Assembly: GCA_963664325.2 (NCBI GenBank)
Contig: CAXXDQ010000004.1
Location: forward strand, 32,001-96,000
DNA from: Desulfomonilia bacterium
Lineage (GTDB): Bacteria > Desulfobacterota > Desulfomonilia > UBA1062
DNA length: 64,000 nt
Reading direction: 5' to 3'
Of the stretch, positions 28,036 to 37,714 are shown piece by piece. Numbering within the stretch: the first letter of the stretch is position 1; every line of letters begins with the position of its first letter. Both the position numbers and the translations under genes were made by a program. The notes under the pieces are model-generated. The model was given only the letters and a program-made list of their open reading frames with translations, had not been told where the DNA came from and ran no database searches.

Positions 28036-28244
28036 TGCTGAAAAAAATCATATTCAATTTCATTAAGTTCTACCAATCGGCAATCTCTCCTTTTATCCCC
28101 TCAAGCTGCAGATTCCATCCAACATGTTCACAATATGCAATTGACGCCATTGACAAATATGGAATAGCCAAAGGAATGCTGAAAGCAGGCCTGAGAATAT
28201 TAAAATGCCATCCGTTTCACCCCGGCGGGTTTGATCCTGCTTAA
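28032..28244 (+). CDS. yidD: membrane protein insertion efficiency factor YidD
   Basis: [32 protein letters not shown]. Confidence 0.95.
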   Translation: MMLKKIIFNFIKFYQSAISPFIPSSCRFHPTCSQYAIDAIDKYGIAKGMLKAGLRILKCHPFHPGGFDPA

Positions 28245-28267
28245 CTAAACTATGGAGATTTGAAATT

Positions 28268-29926
28268 ATGGACAAAAAGACAATAATTGCCATTGCATTA
28301 TCTATTGCAATACTTTTTGCCTGGGATCATTTTGTGCTCAAACCCCAGAGGTTAAAAAACGTAAAGCCGCAAACAACACAGGAATTGCCTGTTAAAAGCA
28401 GTCCATCGCCTTCTCTCCCCAATGAAATGCCTGCTGCTCCAGTTACTACTGCCACAAACATTTCAGCTCCAGAAGAGTTTATCATCACCAATACCCCTTT
28501 AATTGAAGCAAAATGGAGCACGAAAGGAGCAAGTCTGGTTTCTCTTAAACTTAAAAAATACAATGAATATGCCCAGAAACCGAATCCTACCATTACGGAG
28601 CTTATTAAGAGGATGTTCAGTGAAGGTGCCCATCGTGTTAAATCCCCTGAACTTGTTCAGGCAATAAACACCCCTATGCCAGGAGTTTTCTTCACGGGCG
28701 GTGCAAGTGATGAAAATCTTATATTTACTGCAAATAAAACAGGTGTTGTGAACATTGACAAGGAGGCCTTTACACTGACATTTGAGACACCGGTTTCCGA
28801 CGGCATTGCCTTAAGAAAGACTTTTACAGTAGATCCCAAAACATATTTTATCGGATATAAAAATATTATTACAAACTCAACAAGCCAGACCAAGCCATTG
28901 GGGCTTAATGTAATACAAAAAGCATCATACCCTGTAGATGGTCAGTTATCTAAAACCACATTCAACGGACCGGCACTGTTGAACGGGAAACACCTTGAGG
29001 AATTCAAACTTTCAAAGATTAAAGAACCCGGTCAGTTTAGGCCTTTTCCAGGTAACATAAAATGGTTCGGTTATGAAGATACGTACTTTTTGAATGTAAT
29101 AGTTCCAATAAATTCACCTGTTGCTTCACTAAATATTTCAAGGCTGGACGATTTGATCATTGCCAGCTCATATTCACAGCAGTATGTGATTCCGCCCGGC
29201 AAAACTGTTGAACAGGACTTGGGTATGTATATCGGCCCCAAGGAGTACAATTCATTAAAACTTTATTCACAATACGGACTTAACACTGCACTGAGTTTCG
29301 GATTCTTCGACATTGTTGCAAAACCGCTATTGATAAGTATGAACTGGATAAATAAATACGTGGGCAGCTATGGATGGTCGATTATTATTCTGACTTTCAT
29401 TATCAAAATTATCCTTTATCCTCTTTCTTTAAAGAGTTTCAAATCCATGAAAGGGCTCCAGAAGATACAGCCATTGATGAAGGAACTCCAGGAAAAATAC
29501 AAGGACGACAGGCAGCGCCAGAACCAGGAACTAATGAAACTCTATAAAGACCATAAGATTAATCCGATGGGAGGCTGTCTTCCCCTGGTGCTTCAGATTC
29601 CTATACTGTTTGCCCTTTATAGGGTATTTCAGTCTGCAATCGAATTGCGTCAGACCCCTTTTCATATATTTGGAACATGGCTCCCAGACCTTTCTGCACC
29701 AGATCCTTATCTGATTACCCCTCTTCTTATGGGTGCAAGCTGGTTTATTCAGCAGAAAATGACCCCAACACCCGGTGATGCGATGCAGCAGAAAATAATG
29801 ATGATGATGCCGCTGATATTTACATTCATGTTCCTTACTTTCCCTTCAGGACTTGTTATTTACTGGCTTATCAGCAATATCCTATCTATAATCCAGCAGG
29901 TATATATTAATCGTGTACATGCATAA
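28268..29926 (+). CDS. yidC: membrane protein insertase YidC
   Basis: YGWSIIILT, NPMGGCLPLVLQIPI, DLSAPDPY, PSGLVIYW. Confidence 0.96.
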   Translation: MDKKTIIAIALSIAILFAWDHFVLKPQRLKNVKPQTTQELPVKSSPSPSLPNEMPAAPVTTATNISAPEEFIITNTPLIEAKWSTKGASLVSLKLKKYNEYAQKPNPTITELIKRMFSEGAHRVKSPELVQAINTPMPGVFFTGGASDENLIFTANKTGVVNIDKEAFTLTFETPVSDGIALRKTFTVDPKTYFIGYKNIITNSTSQTKPLGLNVIQKASYPVDGQLSKTTFNGPALLNGKHLEEFKLSKIKEPGQFRPFPGNIKWFGYEDTYFLNVIVPINSPVASLNISRLDDLIIASSYSQQYVIPPGKTVEQDLGMYIGPKEYNSLKLYSQYGLNTALSFGFFDIVAKPLLISMNWINKYVGSYGWSIIILTFIIKIILYPLSLKSFKSMKGLQKIQPLMKELQEKYKDDRQRQNQELMKLYKDHKINPMGGCLPLVLQIPILFALYRVFQSAIELRQTPFHIFGTWLPDLSAPDPYLITPLLMGASWFIQQKMTPTPGDAMQQKIMMMMPLIFTFMFLTFPSGLVIYWLISNILSIIQQVYINRVHA

Positions 29927-29943
29927 AGGAGGAAACTGCCATA

Positions 29944-30669
29944 ATGGAATACAGGGAATTTGAGGGCAGATCGGTTGATGAAGCAATAGTTCAGGCCATG
30001 AGGGCTTTTCGTGTAAGTTTTGAGGATCTTGATATACAGGTCATCGTTGAGGCTTCAAAGGGGTTCCTAGGAATGGGGGGAAAGAATGCCAAGATCAAGG
30101 CACGGCTGGCAACAATAGACAATGATGATTCATCGGTAGATATGGATGACACTATTCTTGAAATATCGGAATCTCTTTCTGCTGAAGATCTAGCTTCATC
30201 CAAAGAGGTCCCGGAGCAGGTCCTGAATGAAATGAAAGGCGTTCTTACTGAGATTATAGAAAAAATGCACATGGACTATAAGGTTAAGCTCAGGAACGAC
30301 GGCGTACTGGAAATAGAGGGTGACGGTACCGGGCTTCTTATTGGGAAGCATGGACAAACACTCGATGCACTGCAATTCATTATCAACCGTATCGCCAATA
30401 AAAACAGAGAAGATATGGTTCACATAACACTTGATACCGAGCAATACAGAGAGCGTCACATCGAACGCCTTAAATCCATGGCCATAAAAATGGGACAAAA
30501 AGCAAGAAAAACAGGTAAATCGGTATCACTTGAAATGATGAATCCGTATGATCGCAGAATAATCCACCTAACTTTAAAAGGCGAACCTGACCTGAGCACA
30601 AGAAGCATTGGGGAAGGGGTTTTTAAAAAGGTGGTTATCCAGCCCAAAGCGAGGAAACAGCCACGGTAA
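29944..30669 (+). CDS. jag: Jag/KhpB (EloR) RNA-binding protein (Jag_N-KH-R3H)
   Basis: EGRSVDEAI, LIGKHGQTLDALQ, DRRIIH. Confidence 0.93.
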   Translation: MEYREFEGRSVDEAIVQAMRAFRVSFEDLDIQVIVEASKGFLGMGGKNAKIKARLATIDNDDSSVDMDDTILEISESLSAEDLASSKEVPEQVLNEMKGVLTEIIEKMHMDYKVKLRNDGVLEIEGDGTGLLIGKHGQTLDALQFIINRIANKNREDMVHITLDTEQYRERHIERLKSMAIKMGQKARKTGKSVSLEMMNPYDRRIIHLTLKGEPDLSTRSIGEGVFKKVVIQPKARKQPR

Positions 30670-31979
30670 AACCTTCAACCGTTTTTGCCGAATCATCACC
30701 AAGAGGGACAGGTGCTATAAGTATTATAAGGATAACCGGCCCTGAAACTATTGAAATATTGCGTTCAATAACCGGCATGCATGAATGGACTCCACACTTT
30801 CAGAAAATGACCGGAATAAAAAGCCCTGAAGGAAAACATGTCGATACTGTAATGGCTGTATTTCACCCCGGTCCGTCATCTTATACAGGGGAGGATACGG
30901 CTGAGATCAGCTGCCATGGAAATCCTCTTTTGGTTAAGGCAATTACCGATATCATAATCTCCACAGGTCTTGCAGTACCGGCAGAAAGGGGAGAATTTAC
31001 CTTAAGGGCATTCCAGAACGGAAAAATGGATATTGCCAAGGCTGAAGCGATTTGTGCACTGATAGGTGCAAAAAGTTACAGCGGGATTGAAATGGCTAAA
31101 AGCCTTATGAGCGGTGAATTATTTAAAGACATAACGTCAATTAAAGATGACCTTGAAAAAACATATGCGGATTTTGAGGCTTCATTCATACTCGATGAAA
31201 TTGAACCTGATATCAACAACCTTCTTAAGAAAACAGAACGGGCAAGAGCAAGGCTCACGGAATACAAAACCTCCCATAACAATAACTGCTACGCCTATTC
31301 CGGTATTCGCACGGCAATTGCCGGATTGCCGAATGCAGGCAAGTCCTCTCTGTTTAACGCAATACTCGGATATGAACGCGCAATAGTTCACGAAGAAGAA
31401 GGGACTACCCGTGATGTAATAAAAGAACATCTTGAATTTGATGGCCTGGATTTCATATTTCTTGATACGGCCGGATTAAGGGAGGCCGGGAAAGGTCCTG
31501 AAGCGACCGGAATTGAAATGACCAAGCACGCTATAGAAAATGCGGACTTGGTACTTTACGTTATAGACTCCGTAAAAGGCGCCACCGACAAGGACATGCA
31601 ATGGCTTTCCAAAAGGAACCATACGATAGCCGTTCTTAATAAAACAGACCTTATCAGTAAACCGGCCGATTTGCCTGATGATATCATCTCGGTAAGTGTA
31701 TCAGCAAAATATAAAATCGGCATTGATAGGCTTTTAAACACGATGAGGGATCAGTTTCCCAAAGGACTTCCCGATCTTTTTATTGAGAGGCATGGTGTAC
31801 TGATCAATAGAGCCCTTGAATCACTCGATGCCTTTAGTGAACGGGCATTTGCAGTAACGCCCGATGCCTTAATAATGGACTTGAAGGATGCTATCAGAAC
31901 CTTAAAATCCATGCTCGGTGAAGAAATGAGCCAGGACATGCTTGATGATATTTTTTCCAGATTTTGTGTGGGCAAGTGA
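30663..31979 (+). CDS. mnmE: tRNA modification GTPase MnmE (TrmE); start position uncertain
   Basis: SYTGEDTAEISCHG, GEFTLRAF, GLPNAGKSS, GTTRD, DTAG, NKTD, FCVGK; the conserved N-terminus lies upstream of TTG 30759. Confidence 0.92.
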   Translation, partial: TVKPSTVFAESSPRGTGAISIIRITGPETIEILRSITGMHEWTPHFQKMTGIKSPEGKHVDTVMAVFHPGPSSYTGEDTAEISCHGNPLLVKAITDIIISTGLAVPAERGEFTLRAFQNGKMDIAKAEAICALIGAKSYSGIEMAKSLMSGELFKDITSIKDDLEKTYADFEASFILDEIEPDINNLLKKTERARARLTEYKTSHNNNCYAYSGIRTAIAGLPNAGKSSLFNAILGYERAIVHEEEGTTRDVIKEHLEFDGLDFIFLDTAGLREAGKGPEATGIEMTKHAIENADLVLYVIDSVKGATDKDMQWLSKRNHTIAVLNKTDLISKPADLPDDIISVSVSAKYKIGIDRLLNTMRDQFPKGLPDLFIERHGVLINRALESLDAFSERAFAVTPDALIMDLKDAIRTLKSMLGEEMSQDMLDDIFSRFCVGK

Positions 31980-32521
31980 TGTACAGCCTCTTGAATATCT
32001 GGATAAATGAGATTCGGCGGTTTAATACGTCATTGCACCTTGTAGGACCGCAGGTATTAGAAAACCTTGATATGGAAATCAACAATTGTCTGAAACTCAT
32101 TGAACCGATAAAAGAAGATATATTGGCCGACATCGGCTCAGGTGCAGGTATTCCAGGTATCCCATATGCAGTCATAAATCCAGGCTCGGAAGTTAAGTTA
32201 ATCGAGCGGTCTGAGAACAAATGTATTTTTTTAAGGCATTCCATCTCATGCATGGGCCTAAAGAATGTAGAAATTCTTGAGGCAGATCCGCTTGTTCACC
32301 TTGTCAGAAGATTCCCGGCAGCAATATCCAGGGCATTTTCACCAAAAGATTACCTTTCTAAAACAGCCGGGGCAACACTTGAAGAGAATGGCATGTTTTA
32401 TTACATGGCTTCAAACAGGCCTTCCCTTGATGACAGGTTTCTGCCGCTTGAATACGCCGACATATCAATGGTGCATGAGAGGATGAATATCTACTCTTAC
32501 AGGTTTAATCCCTGGAAATAG
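31979..32521 (+). CDS. rsmG: 16S rRNA (guanine(527)-N7)-methyltransferase RsmG (GidB)
   Basis: DIGSGAGIPGIP, KCIFL, SRAF; follows mnmE. Confidence 0.85.
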   Translation: MYSLLNIWINEIRRFNTSLHLVGPQVLENLDMEINNCLKLIEPIKEDILADIGSGAGIPGIPYAVINPGSEVKLIERSENKCIFLRHSISCMGLKNVEILEADPLVHLVRRFPAAISRAFSPKDYLSKTAGATLEENGMFYYMASNRPSLDDRFLPLEYADISMVHERMNIYSYRFNPWK

Positions 32522-32945
32522 AAATCCTGCGTGAAGCAACCCCTTGTTCCTTAGGCAGGCTTATTTCAAGAACACCATATTCGAAACTGGCAGATATTTT
32601 TTCTGCATCAATTCCTTCCGGAAGCCTGAAAGTTCTCTTGAATGAACCGTATTGCCTTTCAATTACGTGATAATTATCAACTTTGTCTTCATGAGCCTTA
32701 ACCTTCCGCCCTCCGATAGAAAGTGAGGTACCACTTATATCAACAAGGATATCTTCTTTGCATAAACCCGGAAGTTCTGCCTTTATAGTAACATAATTAT
32801 CATCTTCAAATATATCTACAGGAGGAACCAGTTCTCCGGGACCTGATTGGGAGGCAACAGGTTTGAGACTGTCTTCAAATATCTTGTTCATCCTGTCCTG
32901 CAGATAGAGGATATCTCTCAAAGACTGTCTTTTTATAACAGGCAT
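32505..32945 (-). CDS. Hsp20/alpha-crystallin small heat-shock protein
   Basis: PPVDIFE, AELPG, ERQYGSFKRTF, GVLEISLPK. Confidence 0.93.
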   Translation of the reverse strand: MPVIKRQSLRDILYLQDRMNKIFEDSLKPVASQSGPGELVPPVDIFEDDNYVTIKAELPGLCKEDILVDISGTSLSIGGRKVKAHEDKVDNYHVIERQYGSFKRTFRLPEGIDAEKISASFEYGVLEISLPKEQGVASRRISISRD

Positions 32946-32955
32946 AATCCCTCCT

Positions 32956-33813
32956 TTATATTGATATATATTCCATATTTCCTTTAAGGGCGTCTTTAAG
33001 TTTTATCCTTACGGCATTTTCTATCTGGCGTACCCGCTCTTTTGATATATTATATTTATTCCCCAGTTCATCCAATGTAAGCGGATTCTCAGCCATAAGC
33101 CTGTGCACAGCAATATCCTGTTCTCTACCTGAAAGAGTCGAGAGTGCCGCCTTGATATGTTTTTTAACATTCCGGGTGCGTTCTTTTTCGATAAATTTGT
33201 CTTCGGGATTTGACCTTGTATCGGAGAGAAAATCCAGGAAACTGGTATCACTGTCTGAAGCAATAGGACTGTTAAGAGACTGATCCCTTGAAGACAGTCT
33301 TGAAATGATATCCTCTATCTGTTTCTTATCAACAGAAAGTCTGGCTGAAATCGCCTGTGATCTCTTGTCAATATTCTGATCTTCGACGTGCTCTTCTCTG
33401 GCAAGCTTATTGAGTCCATAGAAAAGCTTTTTCTGAAGTTTTGTCGTACCGATTTTTACATTGGAGAAAAATTTCAGAATATAATCATGTATCATGGCTT
33501 TTATCCACCATACCGCATAGGTCATGAGCCTGTAGCCTTTGTCGGGATCATATTTTTTAACAGCAACCATTAAACCTATGGTTCCCTCCTGAACAATATC
33601 CTCAAGAGGCAAGCCATAGCCATCATAATCCATTGCTATCCTGACTACATATCTCAGATTCGATGTAATAAGGGTCTGCGCCGCTTCTATATCATTTTTA
33701 TCTCTCAGGCGTTTTGCCAGAGAATACTCTTCCTCTTTGGAAATTACAGGAAACGTTTCGAACCTTTTTATAATCAGTGATGAACTGTTGCTTCTTAGTA
33801 TAGGAAGATTCAT
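32956..33813 (-). CDS. rpoH: RNA polymerase sigma-32 factor RpoH
   Basis: SNLRYVV, QEGTIGLM, RpoH-box-like KIGTTKLQKKLFY, ISKERVRQIE. Confidence 0.88.
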   Translation of the reverse strand: MNLPILRSNSSSLIIKRFETFPVISKEEEYSLAKRLRDKNDIEAAQTLITSNLRYVVRIAMDYDGYGLPLEDIVQEGTIGLMVAVKKYDPDKGYRLMTYAVWWIKAMIHDYILKFFSNVKIGTTKLQKKLFYGLNKLAREEHVEDQNIDKRSQAISARLSVDKKQIEDIISRLSSRDQSLNSPIASDSDTSFLDFLSDTRSNPEDKFIEKERTRNVKKHIKAALSTLSGREQDIAVHRLMAENPLTLDELGNKYNISKERVRQIENAVRIKLKDALKGNMEYISI

Positions 33814-33982
33814 GTTTTTTACCATCCTCAAGTCTTTGATCTATATTTTCTTTGTTTTATCGTCAATATTTGCCTTTTCTAAGCAAAATATAGATGAAAT
33901 ATTAAGCTTGAAAGATTCATTTATTTTATGTAGAAGTTGCAAACCTATATAAAGTTGATCTTCGGGGAGGTAATCTTCTATT

Positions 33983-35566
33983 ATGCTAAAGTTGAAGGGA
34001 AATATTATTTGGCTTCTGCTTTATGCATTGGCCTTTTTATCATGTTCCCATCTGCCGCAGACATATCCGCCTCCCAATATAAGTATGCATGATAAATTTG
34101 AACAACTTCAAAATATCCAGCCGTCAGTTGCAGAAGAAAACAAGCAGATACAACCTGAAACATATCAAACTAATCCCGAAAAAAAACATGAATTGTTTCA
34201 GGAAAACGATAGTTATAATTATGATGAATACACTATCGGAATAACAGAAAAACCCTCTGAAGAAAAAAGTGGTGTTGATGAAACGGCTTCAATCTATTCT
34301 CTGCCTATCGAAAACAACGGCAAAACAAGAGAATACATAGATAAGGCGCTTGGCAAGAACAGGAATTACTATATCAGTGTCCTTAACCGTTTTGAAAAGG
34401 TAAGACCAAGAATGGAGGCCATTCTTGAGGAACAGGGCCTCCCAAAAGATCTTGTATATGTAGCCTTTGTAGAAAGCGGCGGCAACCCAAATGCTTTATC
34501 TCCTTCAGGTGCCGGCGGATACTGGCAGTTTCTTCCCGGTACTGCCAGGCTTTATGGTCTTAAGATTGACCGTTGGGTCGATGAAAGAAAGGACCTTGAA
34601 AAATCAACAAGGGCAGCGGCAAAATATCTTAACCAGCTTAACAACATGTTTGGCGACTGGCTTTTGGCCTGTGCCGCATACAATGCAGGCGAAATGGCCA
34701 TTGACAAGATTTTGAAAAATAACAGTAATGTTAAAACATTCTGGGATATATCTCCCGACATGATTTACAAATATGAAACAATTGCATTTGTTCCCAAAAT
34801 ACTGGCAGCCATTCAAATAGGTAGAAACAGAGTTAAATACGATATTCCTCAGGCCATAGATCCTGAACCCGTGTCTTATGATACAGTTACTATAAATTCA
34901 TATACCACGTTCGAACAAATTGCAGAGATAACGGGACGCAGTATTTCTTCTATAGCCGTTCTTAATCCCGAACTGACAAGAAAATCCACACCTCCATATG
35001 CCAGAGAATACAAAGTGAAGGTGCCGGCAGGTACAGGCGAACTTGTTGCATCATCACTGAAATCAGATAAAAACCGGGCTGTGCAATACGCATCTTATGC
35101 AGTTCAGAAAGGTGACACCCTGTTCTCAATTGCAAAACAACATCATATAACAACCGAGAAGATTTCAGCATTCAACAAGATAGGCAAAAAAGACAGGCTT
35201 TCCCCAGGAACCATTCTGATAATACCGGAAGATATTTACCTGAAACAATCGGAGAAAAGGATTCTCGCTTCAAAAGACTTCAGAACCCACAAAAGCAATC
35301 CTACTCATGAAGAATTTGCGGAAGCCGATAGCAATACCGATACTGGCATTACAAACAAGAAAATTAGTTATTCGAGCATGCCCTCCGTTAAAAAAAATCC
35401 CCGACTGATAAGATACAATGTTAAAAAAGGCGATACGATCTGGAAGATATCAAAACGTTATGAGGTTAAAGAGGAAGAAATCAAGAAATGGAATCAACTT
35501 AATTCCGCTTCCAGTATCCACCCTGGCGATATGCTCACTATATATTTAAAACACAAGAAAGATTAA
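33983..35566 (+). CDS. mltD: membrane-bound lytic murein transglycosylase D (SLT plus LysM domains)
   Basis: Lipobox-like FLSC, VESG, AGGYWQF, AAYNAG, two LysM repeats. Confidence 0.85.
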   Translation: MLKLKGNIIWLLLYALAFLSCSHLPQTYPPPNISMHDKFEQLQNIQPSVAEENKQIQPETYQTNPEKKHELFQENDSYNYDEYTIGITEKPSEEKSGVDETASIYSLPIENNGKTREYIDKALGKNRNYYISVLNRFEKVRPRMEAILEEQGLPKDLVYVAFVESGGNPNALSPSGAGGYWQFLPGTARLYGLKIDRWVDERKDLEKSTRAAAKYLNQLNNMFGDWLLACAAYNAGEMAIDKILKNNSNVKTFWDISPDMIYKYETIAFVPKILAAIQIGRNRVKYDIPQAIDPEPVSYDTVTINSYTTFEQIAEITGRSISSIAVLNPELTRKSTPPYAREYKVKVPAGTGELVASSLKSDKNRAVQYASYAVQKGDTLFSIAKQHHITTEKISAFNKIGKKDRLSPGTILIIPEDIYLKQSEKRILASKDFRTHKSNPTHEEFAEADSNTDTGITNKKISYSSMPSVKKNPRLIRYNVKKGDTIWKISKRYEVKEEEIKKWNQLNSASSIHPGDMLTIYLKHKKD

Positions 35567-35798
35567 CCATCAGGTTTTATTCAATAGCACTATGTTCACT
35601 GTGAAATGAATGATCACCAGTCTAATCGAGAATTTTATGACAATGAAAAAAAATGTCTGGATGAATTTTAACCGGATAAACGCCCAACTCCGGGAAGGCT
35701 TTAAAACAATACCGCTGAAATAATGTTTGGATTTAAATTATGAATCCCTTTTGTTCACCCTCCAGTAATTCAAGGTAATATCGGCCGCCTTCTCGTTG

Positions 35799-36146
35799 TC
35801 ATTCTGAATGTAAAGCAAAATTATTTCCATTATTAACGGTTTCGTCTTCTATCCATTTGAGGAAATCGGGATTACCCCCAGTAATCGGGAGGGCTACAAT
35901 ACATGGTATCGTATAGCTGTGAATAGACTTAATCCTAAGGGTCAGTTTTTCAATAAGATCAGACACCGTCTTGGCAATGACAACAACTTCTTTCTCCACA
36001 TGAATTCTGCCCTCCCATCTGTATATCGAGGACATGCCTTCAATAACATTAACGCAGGCAGCAAGCCGCTCCTCAATAAGCAATGATCCGATTTTGTCGG
36101 CTTCTTCCCTGGATGAAGCAGTTATGTATAAAAGAACTTTATCCAT
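35799..36146 (-). CDS. cutA: divalent-cation tolerance protein CutA
   Basis: ERLAACVN, SIYRWEG, HSYTIPCI. Confidence 0.93.
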   Translation of the reverse strand: MDKVLLYITASSREEADKIGSLLIEERLAACVNVIEGMSSIYRWEGRIHVEKEVVVIAKTVSDLIEKLTLRIKSIHSYTIPCIVALPITGGNPDFLKWIEDETVNNGNNFALHSE

Positions 36147-36279
36147 ATATCCTCCCCTGTCGGAATGATTATGATAAGATAAACGAAGGTTTAAATGTGT
36201 CAATAAGCTTATGAATGCTTGTCAGTCGCTATGTTTTTAGGTAAGACTCAATTGACAAAACATTTCAGTGGAGGAACTT

Positions 36280-36495
36280 ATGGAAAAAAATGTTGGAACA
36301 GCCGACAAGATCATCAGGTCTTTGATTATTCTGTTAACCTCGATCGCTTTTTTGAAAGGGTGGCTTAAAGGCAAACTCGGGCTTCTTTTGATGCTTGGCG
36401 GGGGATCCTTACTTTCAAGCGTTATGTCGGGCTACTGTCCCCTTTATGAGCAGCTCGGCATTACTACGGCACCAGAGCAGAAGACGTCTCACTGA
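36280..36495 (+). CDS. DUF2892 (YgaP-like) membrane protein
   Basis: MEKNVGTADKIIR...GYCPLY. Confidence 0.85.
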   Translation: MEKNVGTADKIIRSLIILLTSIAFLKGWLKGKLGLLLMLGGGSLLSSVMSGYCPLYEQLGITTAPEQKTSH

Positions 36496-37029
36496 TCAGG
36501 AAACCGCCTTGATATGGTTGTATATATAATCCCATCCGCTCCAGATTGTGAAGAAACAGGCTATGAGCAAAAAGAATTCACCGCATTTCTGGAAATCTAT
36601 TCCTAATAATGTATAGTGGATTAAAAGTCCGATAATCGCCGTGCATTGAAAGGCTGTCTTATATTTCCCCAGCCACGATGCGGCGATTATTACATTCTGT
36701 TCTGAAGCGATTGCCCTTACACCAGTTACGGCAATCTCCCTTCCTATTATTACTGCTACTATCCATGCCGGTGCCCTTTCAAGGGGGATAAGGAATATCA
36801 GGACCGTGCATACCATTAATTTATCAGCAAGTGGATCAAGCAGTTTTCCAAGGTTGGACTCCATGTTGTAATTCCTGGCCAGATAGCCGTCCAGAAAATC
36901 GGTGAAAGTGCCTAAAGAAAAAATAACAGTTGCAGCTATTGATGCCCAAAATGATTCATAAACCAGGAGCACCGCAATAACAGGAACCATTACGATGCGG
37001 GACATCGTAAGGATATTGGCTATATTCAC
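36496..37029 (-). CDS. pgsA: CDP-diacylglycerol--glycerol-3-phosphate 3-phosphatidyltransferase
   Basis: TDFLDGYLAR..GKLLDPLADK, GKYKT. Confidence 0.93.
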   Translation of the reverse strand: MNIANILTMSRIVMVPVIAVLLVYESFWASIAATVIFSLGTFTDFLDGYLARNYNMESNLGKLLDPLADKLMVCTVLIFLIPLERAPAWIVAVIIGREIAVTGVRAIASEQNVIIAASWLGKYKTAFQCTAIIGLLIHYTLLGIDFQKCGEFFLLIACFFTIWSGWDYIYNHIKAVS

Positions 37030-37031
37030 AA

Positions 37032-37679
37032 TTACTTTACCTTACCTTTGTAATTTGCCTTGATAATACGCACATAATCCTGGGTCTCCTGATAAGGAGG
37101 AATCCCGCCCCATTTATCGACGGCCCCGGGGCCGGCATTATATGCGGCAAGCGCCTTATCTATATCCCAGTTGTAACGGTTCAGCATATCTGCAAGGTAT
37201 CTTGTCCCCCCCTTGATGTTCTCCTCTTCATCCCACGGATTGACCCCGAGTATATTGGCCGTTCCAGGCATAAGCTGCATTAATCCAATCGCCCCTTTTG
37301 ATGACATTGCCAGCGGATTATAGCCTGACTCCCATTCCATAACGCATTTTACCAGCATCGGGTCTATTCCATGCAGCTTTGCATATTCTTCAATAATCTG
37401 GTCATATTTTCTGTTTGAGAATTTGAACTGGGGTATATGGTTAATGTAGGAATATGTTTTTGACTTGATCTTGCGTTTTTCCCTCAGGTAGAGCTTCATA
37501 TCGCTTCTATCCACCGGGCAGTTGGTAAAGTATAATGTTCCGTCCGGAAGCACCTGTTTATAGATGTCAGCCCTGCACGGCAAGAAAAAAACAGAAATAA
37601 TTGTTAGTGTGAAACTTATGGTTTTTATCATGTTAATCTCTCTCGCTGTAACCATCCGGTTCTCCTCACAGCATCTCAT
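37032..37679 (-). CDS. soluble lytic transglycosylase (SLT domain)
   Basis: ESGYNP, GAIGLMQLMP, ALAAYNAGP, PPYQETQDYV; the true start may be further downstream. Confidence 0.9.
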   Translation of the reverse strand: MRCCEENRMVTAREINMIKTISFTLTIISVFFLPCRADIYKQVLPDGTLYFTNCPVDRSDMKLYLREKRKIKSKTYSYINHIPQFKFSNRKYDQIIEEYAKLHGIDPMLVKCVMEWESGYNPLAMSSKGAIGLMQLMPGTANILGVNPWDEEENIKGGTRYLADMLNRYNWDIDKALAAYNAGPGAVDKWGGIPPYQETQDYVRIIKANYKGKVK

Positions 37680-37714
37680 CGGCTTTTCCGAGAGAAATCA
37701 TTAGTTACCATAAA

